Part shown: piece by piece, positions 29,581-38,795 of the stretch
Position numbering within the stretch: the first letter of the stretch is position 1
How the letters are laid out: every line of letters begins with the position of its first letter
Assembly (NCBI GenBank): GCA_052139695.1
Contig: JBKQWF010000307.1
Location: 72,297-136,296, forward strand
Source of the DNA: Limisphaerales bacterium
Lineage (GTDB): Bacteria; Verrucomicrobiota; Verrucomicrobiia; Limisphaerales; Palsa-1400
Direction: 5' to 3'
Length of the DNA stretch: 64,000 nt
Notes under the pieces: model-generated
What the model was told of the DNA's origin: nothing
The model's database searches: none
The model's input: only the letters and a program-made list of their open reading frames with translations
Position numbers and translations under genes: made by a program

Positions 29581-31134
29581 TTAGAAGCTTTTCACCATTT
29601 GCAACACGGTCGGATTGGCCACGTCGATCAGGATTCGGGGGTAAATTCCCAGGATGAAAATGAGGACAATGGCGGGAGCGACGATCAACCGTTCCGCGGC
29701 TGTCAAATCCGTCCACCCCGCCCATTTTTTTGCCAGCGGACCGTTAAAAACCCGCTGCAGAATAGTCAAGACGAAAACCGCCGTAATCAGCAGGCCGAGC
29801 GTGGAAACGGGGGCCGCCCATGGCGCCAGCGGCAGGACGCCCTTGAAAATGAGAATCTCCCCGACAAACCCGCTCAGTCCCGGCAGTCCGAGCGAGGCAA
29901 AGAGCGTAATGCCCATCAGGCCATAGAAAACCGGCGCCACTTTTCCCAAGCCGCCAAAATCGTTCAGTCCGCGGTTGCCTCCGGCGCGTTGCTCGATCAA
30001 TCCCACGAAAAAGAAGAGACAGGCGGCGGTAATGCCATGATTGAACATTTGCACCATGACGCCGTTTAAAACCGCCGCTTTTTCGTCCGCCCATGACGCG
30101 CCCGGTGCGGTCAGTTGCGCGGCGGCGAATATTCCCATCAAGCAGTATCCAAGATGATTGATGGAAGAATAGGCGATAATCCGTTTCAGATCGGTTTGCG
30201 CGAAAGCTGCCGCGGCGGAGAAAACAATGGTGGCCACGGCCAGCCAGAGGAGCGGGGTTTGCATGGCGCGCATCGATTCCGGGAAGATCGGCAGGAGGAT
30301 GCGCAGGAACCCATACACTCCCATCTTCGACATCGCCCCCGTCAGGACCATCGACGTGCCGGTGGGCGCTTCGGCATAGGCGTCGGGCAGCCACGTATGA
30401 AACGGCATCAGGGGAACCTTGACGGCAAAGCCAAACAGGGCGCCGAGAAAGACGGCCCCGGCCAGCGCCTCTTTGGAGGTGAAGAGAGACCCGCCCAGCT
30501 TGGCAAAGAGCGCGGAACTAAGGCCGCCATCGCGCGCGAGGCCGGCAAGTTGTCCGAAGTCAAAGAGGCCTGTTGCGGCATAAACCGCCAGGAAAGCCAG
30601 CAGCAAGGTCACACTGCCCGCCAGCGTATAGACGAAGAACTGATAGGCCGCCGCGGTTCGGCGCGGCCCGCCCCAAATCTTAATCAGGAAGAAAGCGGGA
30701 ATGAGGCTCAATTCCCAGAAGAGAAACCAATGGACAAAATTGAGCGCGGTAAAAGTCCCAAAGAGGCCGCTTTCCAGAAAAAGGAGCAAGGAGAAATAGA
30801 GGCGGGCGTTGCGCTCCACGTTTCTTGAAGCCAGGATGGCAAAGGGAACCAAGAGCGCCGAGAGCAGCACCATCAGCATTCCGAGGCCGTCGATTCCCAA
30901 ATGATAATCGACCGCCAGAGACGGGATCCAGGCGGCGCGCTCGACAAACTGCATGCCGCCGTTGGAGCGGTCATAAGCGGTCCAAATCATCCCCGCCAAC
31001 GCGAGTGCCGCCAGGCTGACGGCCATGCCCAGGGACCGGGCCAGCTTCGGCCGGTCTGCGCGGACCGCCAACAGGCCAAGGCCGCCGACTAGCGGGATGA
31101 GCGTCAAAATCGTGAGAACAGGCAATTGGTTCAT
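29581..31134 (-). CDS. nuoM: NADH-quinone oxidoreductase subunit M-like (copy 1, divergent paralog)
   Basis: I place the start at ATG 31134 (MNQLPVLTIL), which overlaps the nuoL stop (ATGA). It has NuoM-type motifs (HLGIDGLGMLMVLLSALL, WFLFWELSLIPAFFLIKIWGG). It differs clearly from copy 2, so this is not an assembly duplicate. Confidence 0.85.
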   Translation of the reverse strand: MNQLPVLTILTLIPLVGGLGLLAVRADRPKLARSLGMAVSLAALALAGMIWTAYDRSNGGMQFVERAAWIPSLAVDYHLGIDGLGMLMVLLSALLVPFAILASRNVERNARLYFSLLLFLESGLFGTFTALNFVHWFLFWELSLIPAFFLIKIWGGPRRTAAAYQFFVYTLAGSVTLLLAFLAVYAATGLFDFGQLAGLARDGGLSSALFAKLGGSLFTSKEALAGAVFLGALFGFAVKVPLMPFHTWLPDAYAEAPTGTSMVLTGAMSKMGVYGFLRILLPIFPESMRAMQTPLLWLAVATIVFSAAAAFAQTDLKRIIAYSSINHLGYCLMGIFAAAQLTAPGASWADEKAAVLNGVMVQMFNHGITAACLFFFVGLIEQRAGGNRGLNDFGGLGKVAPVFYGLMGITLFASLGLPGLSGFVGEILIFKGVLPLAPWAAPVSTLGLLITAVFVLTILQRVFNGPLAKKWAGWTDLTAAERLIVAPAIVLIFILGIYPRILIDVANPTVLQMVKSF

Positions 31135-33140
31135 CCGCACCCCCAGATCAGCAAGAGCAACAATCCGCAAAAGCCCATGGCGATGGCGCGCAAGTAGCGT
31201 TGCGTTTGCCCGTTTTGGCAGCGGGCGGTCAGTTGGCCGGAGGCCCTCACGCCTTCGCAGCCGCCGTCGAAGCCCTGGTTGATCACAGCCTCATCCACTT
31301 TCCTGTCCACCTGTGAAATCAGCCGGGTCAAGCCGGCCACGAGTTTGACCGCGCCGCTCCAGATGGTGAGATCGAGCCAATTGGAAAAGCGGGCGAAAGC
31401 CGCGTTCAGCCGGATGACGGTGGCGTCGTAAAGTTCGTCAATAAACAATTTGCCGCGCAGCCAGGCAAAGAGGGTGGGTTGGAGCGTCTCCAATGGATCG
31501 GTCTCGCGGTGGGCCAGGGCGGCTTTGCCATAAATCCAGGCGCTGAGCCCTGCTCCGGCCAAAACGACGGCGGTGGAAAGGACCATGACCGGGATCTGGC
31601 CATCTTCCAGGAGTTTGGCCAAATCGAACGAAGCGCGCTCCCCGCTCAAATAGGAGGCGAACCACGGCCAAATCGGCGTTCCGGCAAATCCGACGATGAT
31701 GGCAAACACTGCCAGGACAGCGAGCGGAAGAGTCATCGCCGGCGGACTTTCGTGGGCATGAGCGTCGGTTTTTCCATAGAAGACGTAACAAATCTGGCGC
31801 GTCATATAAAAAGCGGTGAGAAAAGCCCCCGCGACGCCCAAGTAAAACGGAATCTGCGAAACCTGCCAGTGATGCGCCGAGTGCAAAATGGCGTCCTTGC
31901 TCCAAAAGCCCGAAAAGAACAGCGGGACACCGCAGAGGGCCATCGTCCCGACGGCATAGCAGGCGAAGGTCAGCGGCATCAGTTTTCGCAGGCCGCCCAT
32001 TTTGCGAATGTCCTGTTCGGCGTGGCAGCCGTGAATGACCGAGCCGGCGCCGAGAAAGAGCAAGGCTTTGAAGAAGGCGTGTGTTGTCAAGTGAAACATC
32101 CCCACGGAAACGCCGCCCATGCCCAAGCCCATCATCATGTATCCGAGCTGCGAAACCGTGGAATAGGCGAGAATGCGTTTGATGTCGTCTTGCGCCACCG
32201 CGACGCAGGCGGCAAAAACCGCGGTAATGGCGCCCACCCAGGTGACCACTTGAAGCGCCGCCGGATTGACCCCGGCGCTCATCAGCGGGTACATGCGGGC
32301 CACGAGAAATACGCCGGCCGCCACCATCGTGGCGGCGTGGATGAGGGCGCTCACGGGCGTTGGTCCTTCCATCGCGTCTGGAAGCCAAACGTGCAAAGGC
32401 AACTGCCCGGATTTGCCAATGGCGCCGAAGAAAATCAGGATGGAGATGGCGCCGGACAACGTCAGCCCGCCGACGGTCGTCAAGGCCGCTAACCGGGTAA
32501 GGGTCGATTGTTCCAGGACACCGTGGCCCCCGTCATAGAAAAGCAGCGTGCCGGACTGAGCGTAGAGCCAGAGCATGCCAAGAAGAAATCCCAGGTCGCC
32601 AATCCGCGTGGTGATAAACGCCTTCTTCGCCGCCGCCGCCGCGCTTGGTTTTTGATGCCAAAATCCGATCAACAAATACGAAGCCAGTCCAACCAGCTCC
32701 CAACAGATGAACAACAGCAGGAGACTGTTCGAGATGACAATGCCAAGCATGGCGGCGGCGAACAATCCAAGGAAGCAAAAGAAGCGCGCGAAATTCTCGT
32801 CCCCCGCCATGTAAGCGGTGCTGTAGATGAAGATGAGCAGGCCAATGAACGTCACGACCAACAGCATGATGGCGGTCAAGGGGTCCAGCACCCAGCCCAG
32901 TTGCAGCGAGCTGTTGCCGAAAGCGAACCACTCAAAATTCCGCGTGGCGCGCGCGAGCTCCGGTCCGTGGTGCAATGTTGCGGCAAAGGCGGCGCAGGAA
33001 AGAAGCAAAGAAAGGCCCAGGGACCCGATCGCCAAGGCGGCGGCTAGACGCCGTTGCGATGGCTTCAGCAGCGCGCCCAATGCGGCCCCGGCCAGCGGCA
33101 GGACCGGTATCAACCATAAATATTGGACAATGGCGTGCAT
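31131..33140 (-). CDS. nuoL: NADH-quinone oxidoreductase subunit L with extended C-terminal lateral-helix region
   Basis: 669 aa with a NuoL/ND5 N-terminal region (WELVGLASYLLIGFW). The C-terminal FIDELYD ... final TM segment is longer than I expect for canonical NuoL. Confidence 0.9.
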   Translation of the reverse strand: MHAIVQYLWLIPVLPLAGAALGALLKPSQRRLAAALAIGSLGLSLLLSCAAFAATLHHGPELARATRNFEWFAFGNSSLQLGWVLDPLTAIMLLVVTFIGLLIFIYSTAYMAGDENFARFFCFLGLFAAAMLGIVISNSLLLLFICWELVGLASYLLIGFWHQKPSAAAAAKKAFITTRIGDLGFLLGMLWLYAQSGTLLFYDGGHGVLEQSTLTRLAALTTVGGLTLSGAISILIFFGAIGKSGQLPLHVWLPDAMEGPTPVSALIHAATMVAAGVFLVARMYPLMSAGVNPAALQVVTWVGAITAVFAACVAVAQDDIKRILAYSTVSQLGYMMMGLGMGGVSVGMFHLTTHAFFKALLFLGAGSVIHGCHAEQDIRKMGGLRKLMPLTFACYAVGTMALCGVPLFFSGFWSKDAILHSAHHWQVSQIPFYLGVAGAFLTAFYMTRQICYVFYGKTDAHAHESPPAMTLPLAVLAVFAIIVGFAGTPIWPWFASYLSGERASFDLAKLLEDGQIPVMVLSTAVVLAGAGLSAWIYGKAALAHRETDPLETLQPTLFAWLRGKLFIDELYDATVIRLNAAFARFSNWLDLTIWSGAVKLVAGLTRLISQVDRKVDEAVINQGFDGGCEGVRASGQLTARCQNGQTQRYLRAIAMGFCGLLLLLIWGCG

Positions 33141-33143
33141 CTC

Positions 33144-33458
33144 TCAGCCTTTAAGCGTGTCGAATTGCTCGGTTTGGATGGTTTTGCGATGACGGTAAAT
33201 CGCAATCACCAGGGCCAGCCCAACGGCCGCTTCCGCCGCCGCGATGGCGATGGAAAAAAGAGCGAACATCACCCCCGTCAACGCTTGCGGATGGGGGCCA
33301 TAGCGCCAGAACGCGATAAAATTCACGTTGGCCGCGTTGAGCATCAATTCCAGGCCAATCAGAACAAGGATGGCGTTGCGGCGAAGGATGGCGCCCGCGA
33401 AACCAATGCTAAAGAGCGTCGCGCTGAAAACCAGGAAGGCAAAGAGCGGAGGGCTCAT
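33144..33458 (-). CDS. nuoK: NADH-quinone oxidoreductase subunit K
   Basis: 104 aa with 3 TM segments (LIGLELMLNAANVNFIAF). Confidence 0.9.
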   Translation of the reverse strand: MSPPLFAFLVFSATLFSIGFAGAILRRNAILVLIGLELMLNAANVNFIAFWRYGPHPQALTGVMFALFSIAIAAAEAAVGLALVIAIYRHRKTIQTEQFDTLKG

Positions 33459-34021
33459 CGCGGACTCTCCTCCAACTGGGGTTTGCGCCTCGGCAGGGAA
33501 CGGCCGGTTTTTGGCGGAGCCGTCCGCTTCTCATCCAGAGCGATGATGACGGCGCCCACCAGGGCCGCCGTCAATAACAGGCCAACCGTTTCCAAAGGCA
33601 GCGCGTAACGCGTCATCAATTCCTCTCCAATGTCTTTGACTGGCGCCGCGACGCGTTGGGGGGCGAGGCGTCGCAGGCTGGGACTGGTGAGAATCGGCAG
33701 AACCAAGCAGCCCAGCATCAATCCGGCGACGGCGATGCCGGCCAGCCAGCCCGGTGAAATCGCGGAGGCGCCTAATTTGATGTCTGCTCCCCGGGTCAGC
33801 AGAACCGTGAAAACAATCAAAATGGCGATGGCGCCGACATAGACGAGGATTTGCGCGAAGCCGACAAACTCCGCGTTGAGATCGAGGTAAATCAACGCCA
33901 GACCCGCGAACGCCGCCGCCGCGCTCAACGCGCAATGCACCAGGTTGCGCAAAGCCATCGCGCCGATGGCGCCAGCGAGCGTCAATGCGGCCAGGGGATA
34001 AAATGCAAGTTCAGACGGCAT
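33455..34021 (-). CDS. nuoJ: NADH-quinone oxidoreductase subunit J
   Basis: I place the start at the internal ATG at 34021 (MPSELAFYPLAALTLAGAIGAM). ND6-like pattern (ILVYVGAIAILIVFTVLL). It overlaps the nuoH 3' end by 11 nt. Confidence 0.85.
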   Translation of the reverse strand: MPSELAFYPLAALTLAGAIGAMALRNLVHCALSAAAAFAGLALIYLDLNAEFVGFAQILVYVGAIAILIVFTVLLTRGADIKLGASAISPGWLAGIAVAGLMLGCLVLPILTSPSLRRLAPQRVAAPVKDIGEELMTRYALPLETVGLLLTAALVGAVIIALDEKRTAPPKTGRSLPRRKPQLEESPR

Positions 34022-35204
34022 ACGAATAACGGCGCGGCGGCGCAGGCAACGGGACCAAGGCTCGGCCGAGGCAGACATAAGAAGGCACAAGAATGACCGC
34101 GCCGAGCAACCAGCGAATTTCCAACGCGCCGGCGAATGGCCAGGTTCGGCTCCAGTACCAAAGGGCCGCGACCAGCAGGTTGATCAGCGCGAGGGGCACG
34201 AGGAATTTCCAGGCGAAAGTCAGCAGCTGATCCAGGCGCAAGCGGGGCAAAGTGGCGCGGACCCAGATGAACAGAAAAATGAGCGTGCCAAACTTGGCCG
34301 CAAACCAAGCCCAGGAAGGTACCCATTCCAGGAAACGGAATGGCGCCTGCCAGCCGCCGAGGAAAAGCGTCACCGCCAGTCCGGTGACCGCGAATAGACC
34401 GAGATATTCACCGAGAAAAAAGAGGGCGTACTTGAAGCCGGAATATTCCGTCAGATAACCGGCAATCAACTCGGATTCGCCTTCCGGCAAATCGAAGGGC
34501 GAACGGTTGGATTCGGCCGTGGCGGCGATGAGAAAGAGTCCGAATGCGGCAAAGCCCCAGGGAGTTAACACGTTCCAGCGGGGCAGGCAGCCAGCGGTGT
34601 AGCCGGCTTGCGCCTGGACGATGTCGATCAAGGAAAGCGAGCCGGCGAGCATCAGGACCGGCACAGTCGAAAGCACCAAGGGAACCTCGTAGCTGATCAT
34701 TTGCGCGATCCCACGCATCGCTCCGAGCAGGGAATATTTATTTTGGCTCGACCAGCCCGCCATAAACACCGCCAGTTCCGAGGCTGAACCGATGGCAAAG
34801 AAAAAGAGAATCCCAGCGTCGAGGTCGATGGCGTTCATGTTGCGGCCAAAGGGCAACACCGCGAAGGAGAGCCAGATCGGGACCGTCAAAGTCAGGGGCG
34901 CCAGGAAATGCAAAAGTTTGTCCGCCGACAAGGGAACCATGTCCTCTTTGATCAGCATTTTGACTCCATCGGCCAGCGGCTGGAAGAGTCCGAATGGTCC
35001 GACGCGGTTTGGGCCGTAACGGTTCTGCATGCGGCCGAGGATTTTACGTTCGAGAATGGTGGTGAGGGCGAAACAGGAGCCGAACAGCGCCATGAGGGCG
35101 GCGATGATCAGCAGCATGGCCACGAGCGGACGGACGCCGGCGGGCGCCAATGCCACCAAACGATGGTGCAGAAAGACGAACAATTGATCGGCCGAGTAAG
35201 CCAT
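34011..35204 (-). CDS. nuoH: NADH-quinone oxidoreductase subunit H
   Basis: 397 aa with ND1 motifs (ERKILGRMQNRYGPNRVGPFGLFQPLADGVKM and AESNRSPFDLPEGESEL). Confidence 0.95.
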   Translation of the reverse strand: MAYSADQLFVFLHHRLVALAPAGVRPLVAMLLIIAALMALFGSCFALTTILERKILGRMQNRYGPNRVGPFGLFQPLADGVKMLIKEDMVPLSADKLLHFLAPLTLTVPIWLSFAVLPFGRNMNAIDLDAGILFFFAIGSASELAVFMAGWSSQNKYSLLGAMRGIAQMISYEVPLVLSTVPVLMLAGSLSLIDIVQAQAGYTAGCLPRWNVLTPWGFAAFGLFLIAATAESNRSPFDLPEGESELIAGYLTEYSGFKYALFFLGEYLGLFAVTGLAVTLFLGGWQAPFRFLEWVPSWAWFAAKFGTLIFLFIWVRATLPRLRLDQLLTFAWKFLVPLALINLLVAALWYWSRTWPFAGALEIRWLLGAVILVPSYVCLGRALVPLPAPPRRYSYAV

Positions 35205-35331
35205 AACCAGTGTGAGAATCGGGCATGGCCGGGGTTGCCGCTTCCCCTATTTTGGGAAAAGGTGCGCAGAATTTGCGAAGTCGCGTGCAGGGACGCCCAG
35301 AAGAAAACAATAACTACTCCCGCAAAATGAT

Positions 35332-35928
35332 TTACGCAACAACGGCTTTTTGAGGAACGGCGGCGCGCGCTTTCGCTTCCGCATCCGCTTTGGCTTTGGC
35401 TTCCGCTTTGCGCTGGGCTTCGGCGCGCCGCGCGTCGATTTCGGCGGCTTGGGTGGGATGGATCTTCTGGAAGTAAGTGTTCGGCTTGGCCAGTTGGGCC
35501 TTGTGCAGGAGCAAGCCGGCAAAACGTTCTCGCACAGCCAGCTCAAAGACGTTGTCCATCTTGATCGAGTCAAACGGACAAACCTCAACGCAAATGCCGC
35601 ATCCCATGCAAGTGGAAATATCGATGTCAAAAACCTTGGGTTGAAGCTGCATCTTGCCGAGGTAATCCGGTTTTTTGACCGCATCTTTGACAATGGAAAT
35701 GCATTGCGGGGGGCATTCCTGCTCGCAAATCGTGCAAGCCGTGCAGCGCAGCCCGCGAGCCGCGTCCTCGCCGTCATAGACCAGGAAGGGGATCGTGCGC
35801 GCGTTTTCGTCCGGGCGGAGTTTCTCTTCCGGATACTGTACGGTTGTCAACCGTTCCGGCTGGTAATAACTGCCGGCGAAATTTCGACCGGTTTCGATCA
35901 GTCCTTTAATGATGCCTGTGCCTAACAT
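35332..35928 (-). CDS. nuoI: NADH-quinone oxidoreductase subunit I (2x[4Fe-4S]) with a Lys/Ala/Glu-rich C-terminal tail
   Basis: CTACTICEQECP and CMGCGICVEVCP cluster motifs. The last roughly 45 residues are AAEIDARRAEAQRKAEAKAKADAEAKARAAVPQKAVVA. The start shares 1 nt with the nuoD stop. Confidence 0.9.
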   Translation of the reverse strand: MLGTGIIKGLIETGRNFAGSYYQPERLTTVQYPEEKLRPDENARTIPFLVYDGEDAARGLRCTACTICEQECPPQCISIVKDAVKKPDYLGKMQLQPKVFDIDISTCMGCGICVEVCPFDSIKMDNVFELAVRERFAGLLLHKAQLAKPNTYFQKIHPTQAAEIDARRAEAQRKAEAKAKADAEAKARAAVPQKAVVA

Positions 35929-37139
35929 TAGCGATCCACTTCCCCCAGGACAATATCAACACTGCCCAGGATAACCACGGCGTCGGCAATCGTATGGCCC
36001 ACGCACATGTCTTCGAGAATAGTCAAATTAATCAAGCTCGGCGGACGCACCCGGTAACGGTACGGATGAGGGCCGCCATCACTGATGAGATAAAAGCCAA
36101 GCTCGCCTTTGGGCGCTTCGATCCGGCCGTAGGCCTCGCCGGCCTTCGGCCGCAAGTTGCGCAGTTTGGCCTTCGGGTCCAGGATCGGCCCGGCGGGAAT
36201 TTCGCCCAAGGCCTGCCGGAGAATGCCGAGGCATTCCCGCGCTTCCAGGATGCGGACCATGTAGCGATCAAACACGTCGCCATGTGCGCCCAGCGGGACC
36301 CGGAACTGGAAACGGTCATAGATGCCGTACTTGTCCACTTTGCGAACATCATAATTGACGCCGCTGGCCCGGAGCATCGGGCCGGTGACGCCCGCATTCA
36401 CGGCCAATTGCGGCGGGAGCACACCCACGTTTTTCGTCCGCGCGTGCAGAATTTCATTGCCGGTGATCAACCCTTCGAATTCGTCCAGAAAGGGCTCGTA
36501 ATTTGTCGTGACCCGCCAGGCCTTATCGAGCCAGCCCTCGGGCAGATCGCAGCGGCATCCGCCAAAGCGCAGGTAATTGTACATCATGCGCGCGCCGGTG
36601 AGGGATTCGAATAAATCGAGGATTTTTTCCCGTTCGCGAAACGCATACATCATCGGTGTGCCGAGCGCGCCCATGTCCTGCAGCAAAAAGCCCGCCAGGC
36701 AAGTGTGATTGAAGAGGCGGGTCAATTCGCTGACAATGACGCGGATGTATTCGGCCCGTTCCGGGACCGCCAAACCGGTCAGTTTTTCGACGCTGAGGAC
36801 GTAGCCCCAGTTGTTTGTCATGGAGCAAATGTAGTCGAGGCGATCGGTGTAGGGAATGGAGCCGAGGTAACTTGTTTTCTCCGCGATTTTCTCATGGTTG
36901 CGGTGCAAGTAGCCGAAAACGGGCTTTAATTTGACCACCGTTTCCCCGTCGAGCACCACGTTCATGCGGAAGACGCCGTGAGTCGAAGGATGGTGCGGGC
37001 CCATCGCCACTTCCAGCAGATCGTTGGCGCCGTCGGGAGCGTCGGACGAGGACAGCGTCCAGCGCGGCTGGACCGGCATCTCCAACGTCTCCTCAGGCTG
37101 GACAGGTTCCACGCTCTCCATAACTTCAGGCACAGTCAT
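35928..37139 (-). CDS. nuoD: NADH-quinone oxidoreductase subunit D (49-kDa)
   Basis: 403 aa with MGPHHPSTHGVFRM and GYLHRNHEKIAE motifs. Confidence 0.95.
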   Translation of the reverse strand: MTVPEVMESVEPVQPEETLEMPVQPRWTLSSSDAPDGANDLLEVAMGPHHPSTHGVFRMNVVLDGETVVKLKPVFGYLHRNHEKIAEKTSYLGSIPYTDRLDYICSMTNNWGYVLSVEKLTGLAVPERAEYIRVIVSELTRLFNHTCLAGFLLQDMGALGTPMMYAFREREKILDLFESLTGARMMYNYLRFGGCRCDLPEGWLDKAWRVTTNYEPFLDEFEGLITGNEILHARTKNVGVLPPQLAVNAGVTGPMLRASGVNYDVRKVDKYGIYDRFQFRVPLGAHGDVFDRYMVRILEARECLGILRQALGEIPAGPILDPKAKLRNLRPKAGEAYGRIEAPKGELGFYLISDGGPHPYRYRVRPPSLINLTILEDMCVGHTIADAVVILGSVDIVLGEVDR

Positions 37140-37771
37140 GCCTTGGCCTCCGGTGAATGGTGGCGGCGCGCCTTTTCCAGGACATCATCATGCGGCGTAG
37201 GTTCGTATTCGTAATCGTCTGGTTCGAGATAATCCTTCCGCATCGGAAAGTCAGTAAATTCCTCCCACATCAGGAGGCGGCGCAAATCGGGATGGCCATC
37301 GAAATGAATGCCAAACAGATCGAAAACCTCGCGTTCTTGAAATTCACAACTGCGCCAAACCGGAGTCAGAGAAGGCAAGGTCACGTTATCCGAACGGTTT
37401 TGGGTGCGTAAACGGATGACGAGCGGGCCGCATTTGAGGGCCATTGAATACAGATGATAGACCGCCTCCAGATAAGCCGGCGTCTTCTTTTCCAGGACCT
37501 CCTCCACTTCCTTTTCGAGGCCGTCCACAGATTTTTTGACTTTCACTTTTTCTTTGACGATTTTTTCCGGCCAATCAACGCCGGTGACATTGGAAGCGTA
37601 ATCAAAGGCAAGGTCAGGGTCCTCCCGCAGGATTTTCGCCACGGCTAACCCATGCTCGCGGTCGATCAGGAGCGAGGATTGGCCGGAAGGACTGCCGTTG
37701 GCAATCACCTCGAGGCGCGCGCCGGGCACGGCAGTTTCGAGGCGAGCTTTAATTTGTTCGATGGGCTGCAT
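37136..37771 (-). CDS. nuoC: NADH-quinone oxidoreductase subunit C (30-kDa)
   Basis: 211 aa with EREVFDLFGIHFDGHPDLRRLLM. Confidence 0.9.
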   Translation of the reverse strand: MQPIEQIKARLETAVPGARLEVIANGSPSGQSSLLIDREHGLAVAKILREDPDLAFDYASNVTGVDWPEKIVKEKVKVKKSVDGLEKEVEEVLEKKTPAYLEAVYHLYSMALKCGPLVIRLRTQNRSDNVTLPSLTPVWRSCEFQEREVFDLFGIHFDGHPDLRRLLMWEEFTDFPMRKDYLEPDDYEYEPTPHDDVLEKARRHHSPEAKA

Positions 37772-37777
37772 CGGCTC

Positions 37778-38386
37778 TCATTTATCCGGCGCCGGGACAG
37801 GCGGCTGCCAAAGTTCGGCGTTTTTGGACGGGACCAGGTCATGTTCCCCGAAATGTGGCACCGGGACCTCGCTGGAATCCAAGTAAGGCTGGCCACCGCC
37901 TACCGTCAGACGCTGGCCCGCGATTTTCTTCTGCAACAACATCAGCCCTTCCAACAAGGCTTCCGGGCGCGGCGGACATCCGGCGATATGCACATCCACC
38001 GGGATGTAGCGATCAATGCCCTTGAGAACGTTGTAACCTTGCTTAAATGGCCCGCCGGAAATGGCGCATGCTCCCATGGCGATGACATACTTGGGCGACG
38101 GCATTTGGTTGTAAAGTCGAACTACCTGGGGCGCCATCTTCTTGGTCACGGTGCCCGCCACGATCATCAGGTCGGCTTGCCGCGGTGAGGGACGAAAGAC
38201 CTCCGCGCCAAAGCGGGCGATGTCAAATCGGGACATGGAGGCGGCGATCATTTCAATCGCGCAGCAGGCCAATCCAAATTGCAAGGGCCAGAGGGAGTTC
38301 TTGCGTCCCCAATTGTAAAGCTCCGCGAGGCTCGTCAGGACGATTCCTTGCTTGCTCAATTCATCGCGTAACTCGTTCGATTCCAC
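37778..38386 (-). CDS. nuoB: NADH-quinone oxidoreductase subunit B (N2 cluster)
   Basis: GLACCAIEM ... [11 protein letters not shown] ... IAGCPPRPE cysteine pattern. Confidence 0.95.
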   Translation of the reverse strand: MESNELRDELSKQGIVLTSLAELYNWGRKNSLWPLQFGLACCAIEMIAASMSRFDIARFGAEVFRPSPRQADLMIVAGTVTKKMAPQVVRLYNQMPSPKYVIAMGACAISGGPFKQGYNVLKGIDRYIPVDVHIAGCPPRPEALLEGLMLLQKKIAGQRLTVGGGQPYLDSSEVPVPHFGEHDLVPSKNAELWQPPVPAPDK

Positions 38387-38403
38387 AAATATAAGCGGTT
38401 AAA

Positions 38404-38775
38404 TTATTTCCAGGCCAAAATGCCTTTGGCGAACGCCCAGACCAGTCCTTCCGCCAGCAGCAGAATGAAAACGAGCATGGCTGCGCAAGCGCCCGCGGGC
38501 AGACCTTTGAAAGCAACGGCAAAGGGCAAAAGAAAGATCGTCTCGACATCGAAAATGAGGAAGACAATTCCATAGAGGTAATACTCCGATTTAAACTGGA
38601 CCCAGCCGGTGGGAGCCGATTCCAAACCGCACTCATAGGTGGCATTTTTGACGGAACCCGATTTATGCGGGGAAAAGACACGGGCCCAGACCCAGGCAAT
38701 GGCCAGAGGCGAGAGGGCAAAGACAAGGGCGGCCACGGCGAAAAGAGCCAAAAACTGATAAGGACCAAGATTCAT
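38404..38775 (-). CDS. nuoA: NADH-quinone oxidoreductase subunit A
   Basis: I place the start at the internal ATG at 38775 (MNLGPYQFLALFAVAALVF). ND3 motif YECGLES...FLIFDVE. Confidence 0.9.
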   Translation of the reverse strand: MNLGPYQFLALFAVAALVFALSPLAIAWVWARVFSPHKSGSVKNATYECGLESAPTGWVQFKSEYYLYGIVFLIFDVETIFLLPFAVAFKGLPAGACAAMLVFILLLAEGLVWAFAKGILAWK

Positions 38776-38795
38776 TGTTTTGCGGTGTTGGGACT

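Noticed and set aside
28084-31134. The duplicated nuoM as an assembly artefact.
   Set aside because: The two copies differ extensively at both protein and DNA level and have their own overlapping start/stop junctions with their neighbours. They are genuine paralogs.
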